Source of the DNA: an uncultured Cytophagaceae bacterium
GTDB taxonomy: Bacteria; Bacteroidota; Bacteroidia; Cytophagales; Microscillaceae
Assembly: GCA_964551015.1 (NCBI GenBank)
Contig: CAZKBP010000003.1
Coordinates: 1 to 21,326 of the forward strand
Reading direction: 5' to 3'
DNA: 21,326 bases
Numbering within the stretch: position 1 is the first letter of the stretch; every line of letters starts with the position of its first letter. The position numbers were made by a program, and so were the translations under genes. Shown here one piece after another: positions 1 through 9,096 of this stretch. The notes beneath the pieces were generated by a model. It did no database searches, was not told where the DNA came from, and worked only from the letters and a program-made list of their open reading frames with translations.

Positions 1-63
1 TTTCCCCCCACCATGATTGAAAGCGTGCCATGTTTAGCCCCTTCGGAACCGCCTTTAGCCCCT

Positions 64-1125
64 CTAAATCCATCGTTTGATTCTAAAATAAAAATAAGAG
101 GCCACCATAATACCCACCATGATACCCCACACGATAAAATAGCCATAATGCGTTTGGGTTTCGGGCATATACTCGAAATTCATCCCATAGACCCCTACAA
201 TAAAGGTTAAGGGGAGAAAAATGGTAGACAGAATCGTCAGGATTTTCATTACATCATTGGTCTTATGCCCAATGATACTGAGGTATAAGTCCATCAAATT
301 ACTACAGACATCAATATAAGATTCGGTCATATCGCCTACCTGCATAATGTGATCTTGCAAATCTCGCAGATAGATATTATTGGCGTGCAAGAAGCGATCT
401 TCTTCTCGGATGAGCTGCGTGACAATTTCCCGTAAGGGCCGAACAGCTTTGCGGACGGTAGTCAATTGCCGTTTTTTGTCATAGAGAGCACGGGTAGGAT
501 CATCGATTTGGTCTTCCTTGATCATTTGTTCCTCTAGCTTTTCCAAATCTTCGCCAATATTCTCGATCACTAGGAAATAATTATCCACGATGGTATCCAT
601 CAACAAATAAAACAGGTAATCCACCCCTGAATTCCTCAATTTGCCTCGGGGCTTGTTGCGTAATCGTTGCCGGATAGAATCAAAAACATCGCCCTCGATA
701 TCTTCTTGAAAAGATAAAAGATAACGTTCACCCAGCACCAAACTGACTTGCTCGCTCTCGACTCTTTGTTCTTTTTCGTCATAACTGAGCATTTGTAATA
801 CCACGAAAATATTTTCTTCATAAAAATCTACCTTAGGTCTTTGCTCGGTATCTACAATATCCTCCAGCATCAAGGGGTGGAGATTGAAATAAAGCCCCAG
901 AGTTTTGATGACTCGGGTATTGTGTACGCCGTCAATGTTGATCCAAGAGGCATTTTCTTTTTCTTTATAATCATAAGAATCACGAATGTCTTTGATCGCT
1001 TCTTCGTGGATAAAGCCTTCGCTGTAATCTATCACTTCAATCTTGATAGGCGTATCTTTTTCTTCGCCAATGTAGGTCAGCGTGCCGGGCGGTTGACCGA
1101 TTGTTTGTCTGTATTTTTGAGACAT
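64..1125 (-). CDS. corA: Magnesium/cobalt transporter CorA
   Basis: 353-aa ORF whose start is the ATG at 1125 on the reverse strand. A large acidic cytoplasmic N-terminal domain is followed by two C-terminal TM helices carrying the CorA signature loop YGMNFEYMPE (GMN motif). The domain order matches the CorA/MIT family. Confidence 0.9.
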   Translation of the reverse strand: MSQKYRQTIGQPPGTLTYIGEEKDTPIKIEVIDYSEGFIHEEAIKDIRDSYDYKEKENASWINIDGVHNTRVIKTLGLYFNLHPLMLEDIVDTEQRPKVDFYEENIFVVLQMLSYDEKEQRVESEQVSLVLGERYLLSFQEDIEGDVFDSIRQRLRNKPRGKLRNSGVDYLFYLLMDTIVDNYFLVIENIGEDLEKLEEQMIKEDQIDDPTRALYDKKRQLTTVRKAVRPLREIVTQLIREEDRFLHANNIYLRDLQDHIMQVGDMTESYIDVCSNLMDLYLSIIGHKTNDVMKILTILSTIFLPLTFIVGVYGMNFEYMPETQTHYGYFIVWGIMVGIMVASYFYFRIKRWI

Positions 1126-1352
1126 ATTGATTTTAGAATTAAAAATTAGTGGACAAAGCCACGCGCATAAAGTTTTCTTGAATAAGATTTAAGTTTATAA
1201 GTATTTTGGCGATAAATCAAATGGCAGGGTGAGAAAGCGAAAAATGTCTGCCCCAACCGTAAGGATGAACCTCGAATCCTGATTTGGCTAAACTTTTTGC
1301 TATGCACAAATTGTTAACAGGTAAATAACGATAGACAACCTAGCGATCGAAG

Positions 1353-2441
1353 ATGCTAAAAAATAGATGCTACCTCCTGCTTCTTTATGTGGTTCTGATG
1401 GCAAATCAATGCTCGGAATCTCCTTCTGAGCTAAATCCTCAAGCAGAAGCCTACACCTTCAAAACACCTGCCCACTTTGGCAATAAATATCAAATCCCCG
1501 AAGATAATCCCATGACCCAAGCGGGCATAGCATTGGGGAGAAAGCTTTTTTATGAAAAACGCCTGTCATTAGATTCTTCCATCTCCTGCGGAAGCTGTCA
1601 TCAACAAAAACGCGCCTTTACCGACGGAAGAGCCTTGAGCCAAGGCATTCAAGGGCAACTGGTAGACCGTAGTGCCATGGCGCTGCAAAATTTGCTCTGG
1701 GTAGATCAATTTTTTTGGGATGGGAGAGTCTCTAGCTTGGAAGTTCAGGCCTTGATTCCCATCCAAGACGAACGAGAGATGGGAATCAGCCTAGAAGAAG
1801 CCGTGCAGCGATTGCAAGGCACGAGCTTGTATCCACCACTTTTTCAGGAAGCTTTTGGTACAGAAATCATCAGTTCCGAAAATATAGCCAAAGCACTGGC
1901 ACAGTTCCAAAGAACGCTGATCTCGGCCAATGCCCGCTACGACCAAATCGTGAGAGGCGAAGCAGACCCCAGCGAGCGAGAGCAGAGAGCCATTAATTTG
2001 TTTATGACTCACCCCGTGGCGGAGATCAACCTCAGAGGAGCCAACTGTGGAGATTGCCATGGGAGCCACCTGATTACTCTAAACACTTTTCACGATAATG
2101 GTTTGGATAGCATTCCTCAAGACGAGGGTTTGGCTCTTTTTACAGGAAAGCCACAAGATCGGGGCAAAATGCGTGCTCCTTCTCTCCGTAATATTGCCTT
2201 GACGGCTCCTTATATGCACGACGGCCGCTTTCAGACCCTAAAAGAGGTACTGGACCATTACAATGAGCATATCCAGCCTTCTCCGAACTTAGACCCCCTC
2301 ATCATCGAGGCTACCAACGAACTAGATGGCCAGTCGCTCTTGCTTAGCGAAGAAGAAAAGGAAGACATTATCTTCTTTTTGCATATGCTCACCGATTCTA
2401 CCTTCATTCAAGACGAACGCTTCTCCAATCCTTTCGAGTAA
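1353..2441 (+). CDS. Di-haem cytochrome c peroxidase (bacterial CCP/MauG family)
   Basis: 362 aa with an N-terminal signal peptide. There are two CXXCH haem motifs (CGSCH, then CGDCH about 150 aa later). The first is followed by the conserved F-x-DGR segment, with a Trp-rich linker typical of the bacterial CCP family. ATG at 1353 verified. Confidence 0.85.
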   Translation: MLKNRCYLLLLYVVLMANQCSESPSELNPQAEAYTFKTPAHFGNKYQIPEDNPMTQAGIALGRKLFYEKRLSLDSSISCGSCHQQKRAFTDGRALSQGIQGQLVDRSAMALQNLLWVDQFFWDGRVSSLEVQALIPIQDEREMGISLEEAVQRLQGTSLYPPLFQEAFGTEIISSENIAKALAQFQRTLISANARYDQIVRGEADPSEREQRAINLFMTHPVAEINLRGANCGDCHGSHLITLNTFHDNGLDSIPQDEGLALFTGKPQDRGKMRAPSLRNIALTAPYMHDGRFQTLKEVLDHYNEHIQPSPNLDPLIIEATNELDGQSLLLSEEEKEDIIFFLHMLTDSTFIQDERFSNPFE

Positions 2442-2492
2442 GCAAGGGTCAGCAGTGATGAGAAGCTTATTCCGCTGAATGCGCAAAGCTGC

Positions 2493-3665
2493 TCAGGCTC
2501 TTAAAAGAATCCTAAAAGTGGTACCCTTGCCGGGTTCTGAGTGCTTGATGCTAAGTTTGCCTTTATGGTAATTTTCTACAATTCGCTTGGCGAGGGTCAG
2601 TCCTAAGCCCCAGCCCCGTTTCTTGGTAGTGAATCCGGGGTTGAAAACTTTCTTAATTTGAGATTTGCTCATGCCTTTGCCATTGTCGATAATATCGATG
2701 ATAATATCTCCCTCGGGGATTTCATCCAGACGAATCTTGATCTCACCTCGGGCATTCATGGCGTCTACGGCATTTTTACAAATATTCTCAATCACCCACT
2801 CGAAGAGATAGCGGTTCAAGAGCGCGGATTTGCCACGGGGTAGGTTGCTCTTGATATCCCATTTGACCTTCGTAGAAATACGCCTTTGCAGGTAATTAGT
2901 AATTCCTAATACCAGAAAATACACATCTTCTCGCTTCAAGGTAGGTTCTGAACCAATACTAGAGAAGCGGGCCGTAATCATTTGTAAGCGTCTTACGTCC
3001 TTTTCTAGCTCAACGACCATATCATCATCTTTCATGGGTGGGTCTAGACGCATGTAATCAATCCAGGCCATCAGAGAAGAAATCGGAGTGCCCAGTTGGT
3101 GAGCCGTTTCTTTGGCCAAACCTACCCAAACTCGGTTTTGCTCTGCTCGCTTGGAGTAATTGAAGGCCAAATAGGTGAGAAAGCCGAAGATAGAAATCAC
3201 GGTGAGTTGTACATAAGGGAAATAACGTAATTGATAGAGCAAATCAGAATCACGGTAATAAACGTATTGTTTAAAACCCAAATCAGCATAATCCACGAGG
3301 ATAGGAGCGTGTTGCTCTTTCATCATATTGAGCTCTCGCTTGAGTACCCGACCTTTGCGTTGTTCAGAGTAACGATCAGGAATGCGGATATTGACAAAAT
3401 CTTTGATCTCTTGATCCTGCACCTGAATGACAGGAATGGATTTGTTTGCACTAATCACCTCCTGCACGTAGAAAGATACTTCATCATCCAGTTCAGATTC
3501 CACGGCAAAGCGTAGGGCTTGGGCGTACAGATCAATTAATTTTTCCTCCCTTTCGGCCAACTCTTGCACTAGGTAATTAGTATATAAAAGAGAAGCTCCC
3601 GCGATGACTAAAGCAACGATTACAAAGCCAGCTTTGAAACGTGAGCGATTATGATAGATATCCAT
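2493..3665 (-). CDS. Sensor histidine kinase (two TM helices, periplasmic sensor domain, HisKA + HATPase_c)
   Basis: 390 aa. TM1 is about residues 14-33, followed by a periplasmic domain of about 120 aa, then TM2 about residues 156-175. The H-box is AHQLGTPISSL, the N-box ENICKNAVDA, G1 IDNGKGM and G2 GWGLGLTLAKRI. I see no HAMP or PAS domain and no response regulator gene adjacent. ATG at 3665 (reverse) verified. Confidence 0.85.
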   Translation of the reverse strand: MDIYHNRSRFKAGFVIVALVIAGASLLYTNYLVQELAEREEKLIDLYAQALRFAVESELDDEVSFYVQEVISANKSIPVIQVQDQEIKDFVNIRIPDRYSEQRKGRVLKRELNMMKEQHAPILVDYADLGFKQYVYYRDSDLLYQLRYFPYVQLTVISIFGFLTYLAFNYSKRAEQNRVWVGLAKETAHQLGTPISSLMAWIDYMRLDPPMKDDDMVVELEKDVRRLQMITARFSSIGSEPTLKREDVYFLVLGITNYLQRRISTKVKWDIKSNLPRGKSALLNRYLFEWVIENICKNAVDAMNARGEIKIRLDEIPEGDIIIDIIDNGKGMSKSQIKKVFNPGFTTKKRGWGLGLTLAKRIVENYHKGKLSIKHSEPGKGTTFRILLRA

Positions 3666-3849
3666 AAACTTTTCTTATTCTTAGACGTGTTACCAAGTTA
3701 AGAAATACTTAGAAAAAGTGATGGAAATCATTTTAATAAGGCAGATATTTCGAGATATTTGATCTTGCTAAAATGATAATCCACAATTTAAAATCAATAT
3801 AAATTAAGATATCCCCGATCGGCTAATTCTAATTCTTGTGGATGCATCT

Positions 3850-3857
3850 TAATTTTG
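3850..3857 (+). promoter_or_regulatory. Candidate Bacteroidetes-type -7 box (TAatTTTG) for hemA
   Basis: TAATTTTG matches the Bacteroidetes sigma-A -7 consensus TAnnTTTG exactly. It lies 19 nt upstream of the hemA ATG at 3876. No good -33 TTTG sits at the expected spacing, so this is tentative. Confidence 0.3.
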
Positions 3858-3875
3858 TGTGTCAAAAATCTAACT

Positions 3876-5147
3876 ATGAATCAATTTAAAGCCATAAGTC
3901 TGTCCTATAAAAATACGCCCTTAAAAATTAGAGAAATCATTTCCCTTGATCCTGAAAGTTCTGCGACGCTGATTAACCAAATCAAGGACTGGGAGGAAAT
4001 CTCAGATATATTGGTGCTTTCTACCTGTAATCGAACTGAGGTGTACTATACTTCACCGATTGACTATAGCTACAATATTATCCAAGCCATTTTCAGACTA
4101 AAGGGCATAGATACCCATGCGCATTATCAAGATTATTTTCAGCACATCAATCATCATTCTGAAACCGTCGAGCATCTCTTCCGGGTAGCGATGGGACTGG
4201 ATTCACAGGTGGTAGGCGATATGCAAATCACCAATCAGGTCAAACAAGCCTACCAACTTTCTGCTGATTTGAACGTGGCGGGACCTTTTCTCCATCGCTT
4301 ACTTCATACCATATTCTTTACCAATAAGCGTGTGGTACAAGAAACTCCCTTCCGAAGCGGGGCGGCTTCTACTTCTTATGCGACCGTAGAATTATTAGAA
4401 GAATTTGCTCAGGATATTCATCAGCCCAAGGTATTGGTCATTGGCATCGGAGAAATTGGTGCCGACGTATGTCGACATCTTGGCAATAGTTTTATCGAGG
4501 ATGTCCAAATCACCAATCGGACTCCAGAAAAAGCACAGGCATTGGCGGAGGAATGCCAGTTGCAGGTACTTCCTTTCGACCAAGTAGATGAAGCCATGCA
4601 AGAAGCAGACATTATCATTTGCTCTGTTGCCAAATCAACGCCTTTCATTGACCGAGAACGGATTGCCTCTTTGGATATTTTATCCTTCAAATACTTCATT
4701 GACCTAGCCGTTCCACGCGGTATTCATCCTGATGTAGAAGAAATACCGGGCGTAGTCCTGTATAATATTGATCAAATCCACAATCGTGCTTCTGATGCGC
4801 TAAACAAGCGCTTGGCCTCTATTCCTGACGTAGAAGCCATTATTCAAGACTCTATTGCCGACTTTCACGAATGGTCTAAAGAGATGGAGATCTCTCCAGT
4901 CATTCAAAAGCTAAAAAATGCTCTAGAGCAAATCCGTCAGGAGGAGCTCGCCCGATACACCAAAAAACTGAGCACAGAAGAAGCGGCTAAGCTGGATCAA
5001 ATGACCAAAAATATGATGCAAAAGGTCATTAAGTTGCCCGCACTCCACCTCAAAGCTGCTTGTAAAAGAGGCGAAGCTGAAACCCTGATTGATGTATTGA
5101 ATGATCTATTTAATCTGGAAAATCAACCTGCTAAGGCAAAAGGTTGA
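3876..5147 (+). CDS. hemA: Glutamyl-tRNA reductase
   Basis: The N-terminus carries the HemA catalytic motif LSTCNRTEVY. A central Rossmann NADPH-binding motif (VLVIGIGEIGA) and a C-terminal dimerisation helix are present, and the length is about 420 aa. The ORF-track start at 3855 is TTG and lies inside the candidate -7 box, so I place the start at the in-frame ATG 3876 (MNQFKAIS...). Confidence 0.85.
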   Translation: MNQFKAISLSYKNTPLKIREIISLDPESSATLINQIKDWEEISDILVLSTCNRTEVYYTSPIDYSYNIIQAIFRLKGIDTHAHYQDYFQHINHHSETVEHLFRVAMGLDSQVVGDMQITNQVKQAYQLSADLNVAGPFLHRLLHTIFFTNKRVVQETPFRSGAASTSYATVELLEEFAQDIHQPKVLVIGIGEIGADVCRHLGNSFIEDVQITNRTPEKAQALAEECQLQVLPFDQVDEAMQEADIIICSVAKSTPFIDRERIASLDILSFKYFIDLAVPRGIHPDVEEIPGVVLYNIDQIHNRASDALNKRLASIPDVEAIIQDSIADFHEWSKEMEISPVIQKLKNALEQIRQEELARYTKKLSTEEAAKLDQMTKNMMQKVIKLPALHLKAACKRGEAETLIDVLNDLFNLENQPAKAKG

Positions 5148-5386
5148 ACAAGTCTGCTAAAAAATAATCAATAACTTAGACTTTATTTTGTCTTTTTCTG
5201 TTCTCAAGGAAATGACAAATTTTACAAAAAGCTAACCTTTCCAGTATGTTTTTAAGGCTTTTTTTCTAAATTTAGCCCTAATAACATAAAATAATAAGGT
5301 GAAATAAGGAATTCAGGAAGCTAACTATTGAGTTCCTGACTAATTAAGTACATTATAAAGCAGCCCTAAACCATAAGCAATAGATC

Positions 5387-7420
5387 ATGAATAAATATCT
5401 ACTTTTAGCAGTTTGCTGTTGCTGTTTCGCGGTACCCTCTTTTTCACAAACTGAGGTGCAGTGGGCAAGTAAATTACTGGGAGTATCCTCCGAGTTTGTC
5501 AATTTTGATCGCCCCCAATCCAAGCAATACAAAGCCGTTCAAGTGCTCGGAAAGCCTAATAAACTCCCCGCCAACGGGCAAAGCCCCTGTGCTTGGTCAC
5601 CGGCTTCCATGAGTAACTCCGAGGGAGAATGGGTAAAAGTGGGTTTTGATAAACCCATGGAGATAGAACAGGTCGGTGTAGCAGAGAATTATAACCCAGG
5701 TGCCATTACACATATCTACGTCTATGATATGGCGGATAATCGCAAACTGCTTTATAAAAATATTAATGTGGGACCCATTACCTCCAAAGGGCGGGTCTTT
5801 TCCATCTATGCCCGCACAGATTATAAGGTCAAAGCCGTAGAAGTCTGGTTGAATACCTCCAAAGTTCCTGGATTTAACCAAATCGATGCCATTGCCATTT
5901 CCAATTCTACCGACCCCATTCAAGCCGAAATTAATGTGGCCAAAAACTTAGACCTCAAATCCAAACCAGTTAATCTAGGGCCAAGCATCAATTCCCGTTA
6001 CCAAGAAATAGCTCCTATGGTCACGCCGGATGGGAAAACGATTTATTTTACGCGTTCTCAGCATCCCGAAAATACAGGTAGCCCCGAAAAGCAAGACGTA
6101 TGGTTTGCTAGTATCAAGCCTGATGGGTCTTTTGGCTTGGCACAAAATATTGGAAGACCCATCAACACCCCTCATCATAACTCCTCTTTCTCGATCACAC
6201 CCGATGGTAATACCATGCTCCTCAATAATGTCTACAATGAAGACGGAACCTTAGAAAAAGGCTTGTCTATCACGCAAAGAGAGAGCGAAAATCAATGGTC
6301 AAAACCTAAGAAAGTAGTCATTCAAGATTATTACAACAACAACAATTACTCTGAATTTTGCCTCTCCCAAGATGGCAAAATCTTGCTGATGACCGTGCAA
6401 AGGGGAGATTCTTACGGAGACAAAGATATTTATTACGCACGTTTGCAGAGCGATGGCACTTGGTCAACCCCCAAAAATCTAGGAGGTACGGTTAATACCG
6501 CCGCCAGTGAAACTTCTCCTTTCTTAGCCTCTGATGGAAAAACACTCTATTACTCTACCGCTGGGCTGAGTGGCTACGGACACAATGATATCTTTGTAAC
6601 CCGTCGTCAGGATGCTACTTGGGAAGAATGGAGCGAACCTCAAAACTTGGGTCCTGAGATTAATACACCGCTCTGGGATGCTTATTTTAGTATCTCCGCC
6701 AAGGCAGACTTTGCCTACTATGCTTCTTATGCCAATTCTATCGGAGATAGTGATATCTTCCGAGTTAGACTTTCAGATGACAACAAGCCTGAACCCGTGG
6801 CACTGATTCAGGGAGTCGTGCGGAATGCTAAAACCAACGAACCCATCAAAGCCACTATTGTCTATGAAACACTACCTGACGGAGAAAATGCGGGAACAGC
6901 CGTCTCTAACCCAGAATCAGGAGAATACAAAGTAGTCTTGCCCTTGGATAAAAACTACGCCATTCTTGCCGAAGCTAAAGGTTTTTTATCTGTTGACGAA
7001 AATGTAGACTTAGTAGGAACTACTGATTATCAGGAAATCACCAAAGACCTCTATTTGGTTCCTATTGAGACTGGACAAAAATTTCGCCTCAACAATATCT
7101 TTTTTGAGCGAAGTAAATTTAGCCTTTTACCCGAATCTTTTCCTGAATTGAATCGCCTCATCCGAGTGCTCAAAGAAAATCCTACGCTGGTGATTCGCCT
7201 TGAAGGACATACAGAAGTATTTGGTAAGCGGAGAGATCAATACAAATTGGCCGAGAACCGAGTCAATTCTGTGAAGCGATACTTGGTAGACAATGGTAAC
7301 ATCGACCCCAAGAGAATCAAACTGAAATCCTACGGAGGGAGTCAGCCCATCACGACTGAAACCGACGAAACCGCCCGGGCGTTGAATCGTCGGGTAGAGA
7401 TTAAAATACTCAGAGATTAA
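5387..7420 (+). CDS. OmpA-family outer-membrane protein with TolB-like PD40 beta-propeller repeats, carboxypeptidase-regulatory-like domain and C-terminal OmpA peptidoglycan-binding domain
   Basis: 677 aa with signal peptide MNKYLLLAVCCCCFAVPSFSQ. There are at least five PD40/WD40-like repeats (...PxxSPDGKTIYF..., ...SITPDGNTMLL..., ...LSQDGKILLMT..., ...FLASDGKTLYYS...). Residues about 470-550 form a beta-sandwich CarbopepD_reg-like segment (IQGVVRNAKTNEPI...). The C-terminus has the OmpA motifs NNIFFERSKFSL ... RLEGHTE ... LAENRVNSVKRYL ... NRRVEIKIL. Confidence 0.8.
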   Translation: MNKYLLLAVCCCCFAVPSFSQTEVQWASKLLGVSSEFVNFDRPQSKQYKAVQVLGKPNKLPANGQSPCAWSPASMSNSEGEWVKVGFDKPMEIEQVGVAENYNPGAITHIYVYDMADNRKLLYKNINVGPITSKGRVFSIYARTDYKVKAVEVWLNTSKVPGFNQIDAIAISNSTDPIQAEINVAKNLDLKSKPVNLGPSINSRYQEIAPMVTPDGKTIYFTRSQHPENTGSPEKQDVWFASIKPDGSFGLAQNIGRPINTPHHNSSFSITPDGNTMLLNNVYNEDGTLEKGLSITQRESENQWSKPKKVVIQDYYNNNNYSEFCLSQDGKILLMTVQRGDSYGDKDIYYARLQSDGTWSTPKNLGGTVNTAASETSPFLASDGKTLYYSTAGLSGYGHNDIFVTRRQDATWEEWSEPQNLGPEINTPLWDAYFSISAKADFAYYASYANSIGDSDIFRVRLSDDNKPEPVALIQGVVRNAKTNEPIKATIVYETLPDGENAGTAVSNPESGEYKVVLPLDKNYAILAEAKGFLSVDENVDLVGTTDYQEITKDLYLVPIETGQKFRLNNIFFERSKFSLLPESFPELNRLIRVLKENPTLVIRLEGHTEVFGKRRDQYKLAENRVNSVKRYLVDNGNIDPKRIKLKSYGGSQPITTETDETARALNRRVEIKILRD

Positions 7421-7428
7421 CCTGCTTG

Positions 7429-8280
7429 ATGGATAAAGCCACGTCTGCTTCTCTGGGTATGGCTCATCTGAGCTTGATTCCCGTCCGTACCGAACCCTCG
7501 GACAAAAGCGAACTCTGCACTCAATTGCTCTTTGGAGAAACTTATCAAGTCTTAGAAGAAAGCTCCGATGGGAAATGGCTAAAAATCGAAGGCCACTGGG
7601 ACGCTTACCAAGGATGGATGGATTGGATGCAATTCTGCCAAGCTCCCGAAGGCTCAGCTACTGGCCAAGAACTCGCCCCTCGTAGCACCGATGTAGTAGC
7701 TTGGTTACAAAGCAAAAGTCTTTCTTTTCCCATTCTCTTGGGTAGTAGCCTACCTCAGCATGCCTTCCCTGAAATTTATCTGGGGCAAATGGCCTATAAG
7801 TTTATGGGAAAATATCAAACCAAGCCCTTGACTGAGGCTAGCCAGATTATCGAGATGGCTTTCAAATACCTTCACGCACCTTATCTCTGGGGGGGAAGAA
7901 GCCCGCTGGGGATAGACTGCTCGGGTTTTACGCAACAAGTGTGGAAATTGGCTGGTTATCGTCTGGAGCGAGACAGCAATCAACAGGTAAAAGCAGGGGA
8001 AGCCATTGCCGACTTAGCAGAAACCCGTAGTTTGGATCTAGCTTTTTTTGGAAAAGAAGACAAAGTGGGCATTACCCACGTGGGAATCATCATTCATCCT
8101 GCCGACCTGCCTTCTACATTTATGCCCACTGCTCAACCTAAAATAGAGCGTTATATCATCCACGCTCTTGGCGCTGTGCGCGTAGACCAACTGGATAAAA
8201 GAGGGATTTTTCACCTAGATCAGCAGATATATACTCATCAATTACGAGCCATCAAACGGCTGGAAATTGCTCTTGCCTAG
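7429..8280 (+). CDS. SH3b-NlpC/P60 (C40 family) peptidoglycan peptidase, no recognisable signal peptide
   Basis: An N-terminal SH3b-like segment (LLFGETYQVLEESSDGKWLKIEG...W) is followed by the NlpC/P60 catalytic core YLWGGRSPLGIDCSGFTQQVW (Cys nucleophile), then DLAFFGK and ITHVGIII (His). The start is ATG 7429; the ORF-track TTG at 7426 is one codon upstream. It begins 8 nt after the OmpA-family stop codon. The first 30 residues are polar (MDKATSASLGMAHLSLIPVRTEPSDK), so there is no Sec signal. Confidence 0.8.
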   Translation: MDKATSASLGMAHLSLIPVRTEPSDKSELCTQLLFGETYQVLEESSDGKWLKIEGHWDAYQGWMDWMQFCQAPEGSATGQELAPRSTDVVAWLQSKSLSFPILLGSSLPQHAFPEIYLGQMAYKFMGKYQTKPLTEASQIIEMAFKYLHAPYLWGGRSPLGIDCSGFTQQVWKLAGYRLERDSNQQVKAGEAIADLAETRSLDLAFFGKEDKVGITHVGIIIHPADLPSTFMPTAQPKIERYIIHALGAVRVDQLDKRGIFHLDQQIYTHQLRAIKRLEIALA

Positions 8281-8546
8281 CCTTTCTATTGATTTTTTGA
8301 GGAGAAGAAGCCTGTATTTTGATACCCATATTTGTGGTTAATCTCGCAGAATCACAGACTAGAAAACGATTTGCCCCATAAAATTCGCTAATTTTACGTC
8401 TTAGAAAAACATTTGATCTATTTTGTTTTCCCAGTCAGATACATTATCTTTGTCTGGTTCAATAGCTCGACCTGAATCAGCCCGGGCTATATCTATCATT
8501 TAATGAGACTTGGTTCGAGTAACGAACTCGGAAGTATATATCAACA

Positions 8547-9068
8547 ATGAGTTTACAGGGAAAAAAAGTACTCATATTAAATCAGGATTATCGAGCTTTA
8601 ACCGTCTGTAGTGTACAAAAAGCCTTTATCTTAGTCTATCTTAAAAAAGCAGAAATGGTCGTGGAGGTTCCTGATGGAAAACTAAGAACCGTTTCTAACA
8701 GCTATCCTTTGCCCTCTATCATCCGCCTTTTTCGTTATGTAAACCTACCTTATAAAGGGGTTATGCTTAGTCGCCAGAATATTTTCAAAAGAGATGGTGG
8801 CAAATGCCAATATTGTGGCTCTACCAAAGATTTAACCTTAGATCACGTGATTCCCCGTTCCAAGGGAGGGCGTTCTAGCTGGGATAACTTAGTATCTGCT
8901 TGCAAAAATTGTAACTCCAAGAAAGGCGACTTTACCCCCGAAGAAGCAAACATGCCGCTCAAACGCCGCCCTTTCAAGCCTTCCTTTATCATGTTCCTGC
9001 GCGACTTCTCCGGACCCGTGGAAGAAGACTGGAAACCTTATCTAGGCAAAAAGGTCAAATATTATTGA
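8547..9068 (+). CDS. Stand-alone HNH endonuclease (COG1403/McrA-like small HNH family)
   Basis: 173 aa. The C-terminal HNH/zinc-ribbon motif is CQYCGS...LTLDHVIPRSKGG...WDNLVSACKNCNSKKGD. A conserved N-terminal domain of about 85 aa (VLILNQDYRALTVCSVQKAFILVYLKKAEMV) is typical of the widespread roughly 170-aa orphan HNH proteins. No methyltransferase or mobile-element gene is adjacent. Confidence 0.8.
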   Translation: MSLQGKKVLILNQDYRALTVCSVQKAFILVYLKKAEMVVEVPDGKLRTVSNSYPLPSIIRLFRYVNLPYKGVMLSRQNIFKRDGGKCQYCGSTKDLTLDHVIPRSKGGRSSWDNLVSACKNCNSKKGDFTPEEANMPLKRRPFKPSFIMFLRDFSGPVEEDWKPYLGKKVKYY

Positions 9069-9096
9069 TAATAATTTTTAAATCTGATTTTTTTTG

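Noticed and set aside
13-210. 65-aa ORF on + strand at the window start
   Set aside because: It lies entirely antisense to the C-terminal TM region of corA and has no independent support. Its His-rich translation is an artefact of reading the CorA TM codons backwards.
2442-2492. Possible bidirectional terminator between the convergent peroxidase and kinase genes
   Set aside because: Only short, interrupted inverted repeats (AGCAG...CTGCT with a loop of over 30 nt) and no T-tract on either strand; not convincing.
3855-3875. ORF-track start of hemA at 3855 (TTG)
   Set aside because: The codon is TTG and sits inside the TAATTTTG candidate -7 box. The in-frame ATG at 3876 gives a normal HemA N-terminus.
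4395-4699. Three small ORFs (60-92 aa) within or antisense to hemA
   Set aside because: They are nested in a well-supported gene and have no motifs; typical spurious frames.
5313-5339. Hairpin tCAGGAA-13nt-TTCCTGa upstream of the OmpA-family gene
   Set aside because: The stem is only 6-7 bp with a large loop and no U-tract. It is too weak to call a terminator or attenuator without comparative support.
8479-8488. Perfect 10-bp palindrome AGCCCGGGCT in the NlpC/P60-HNH spacer
   Set aside because: A 10-bp perfect palindrome is expected about 20 times by chance in 21 kb. There is no second copy or flanking repeat.
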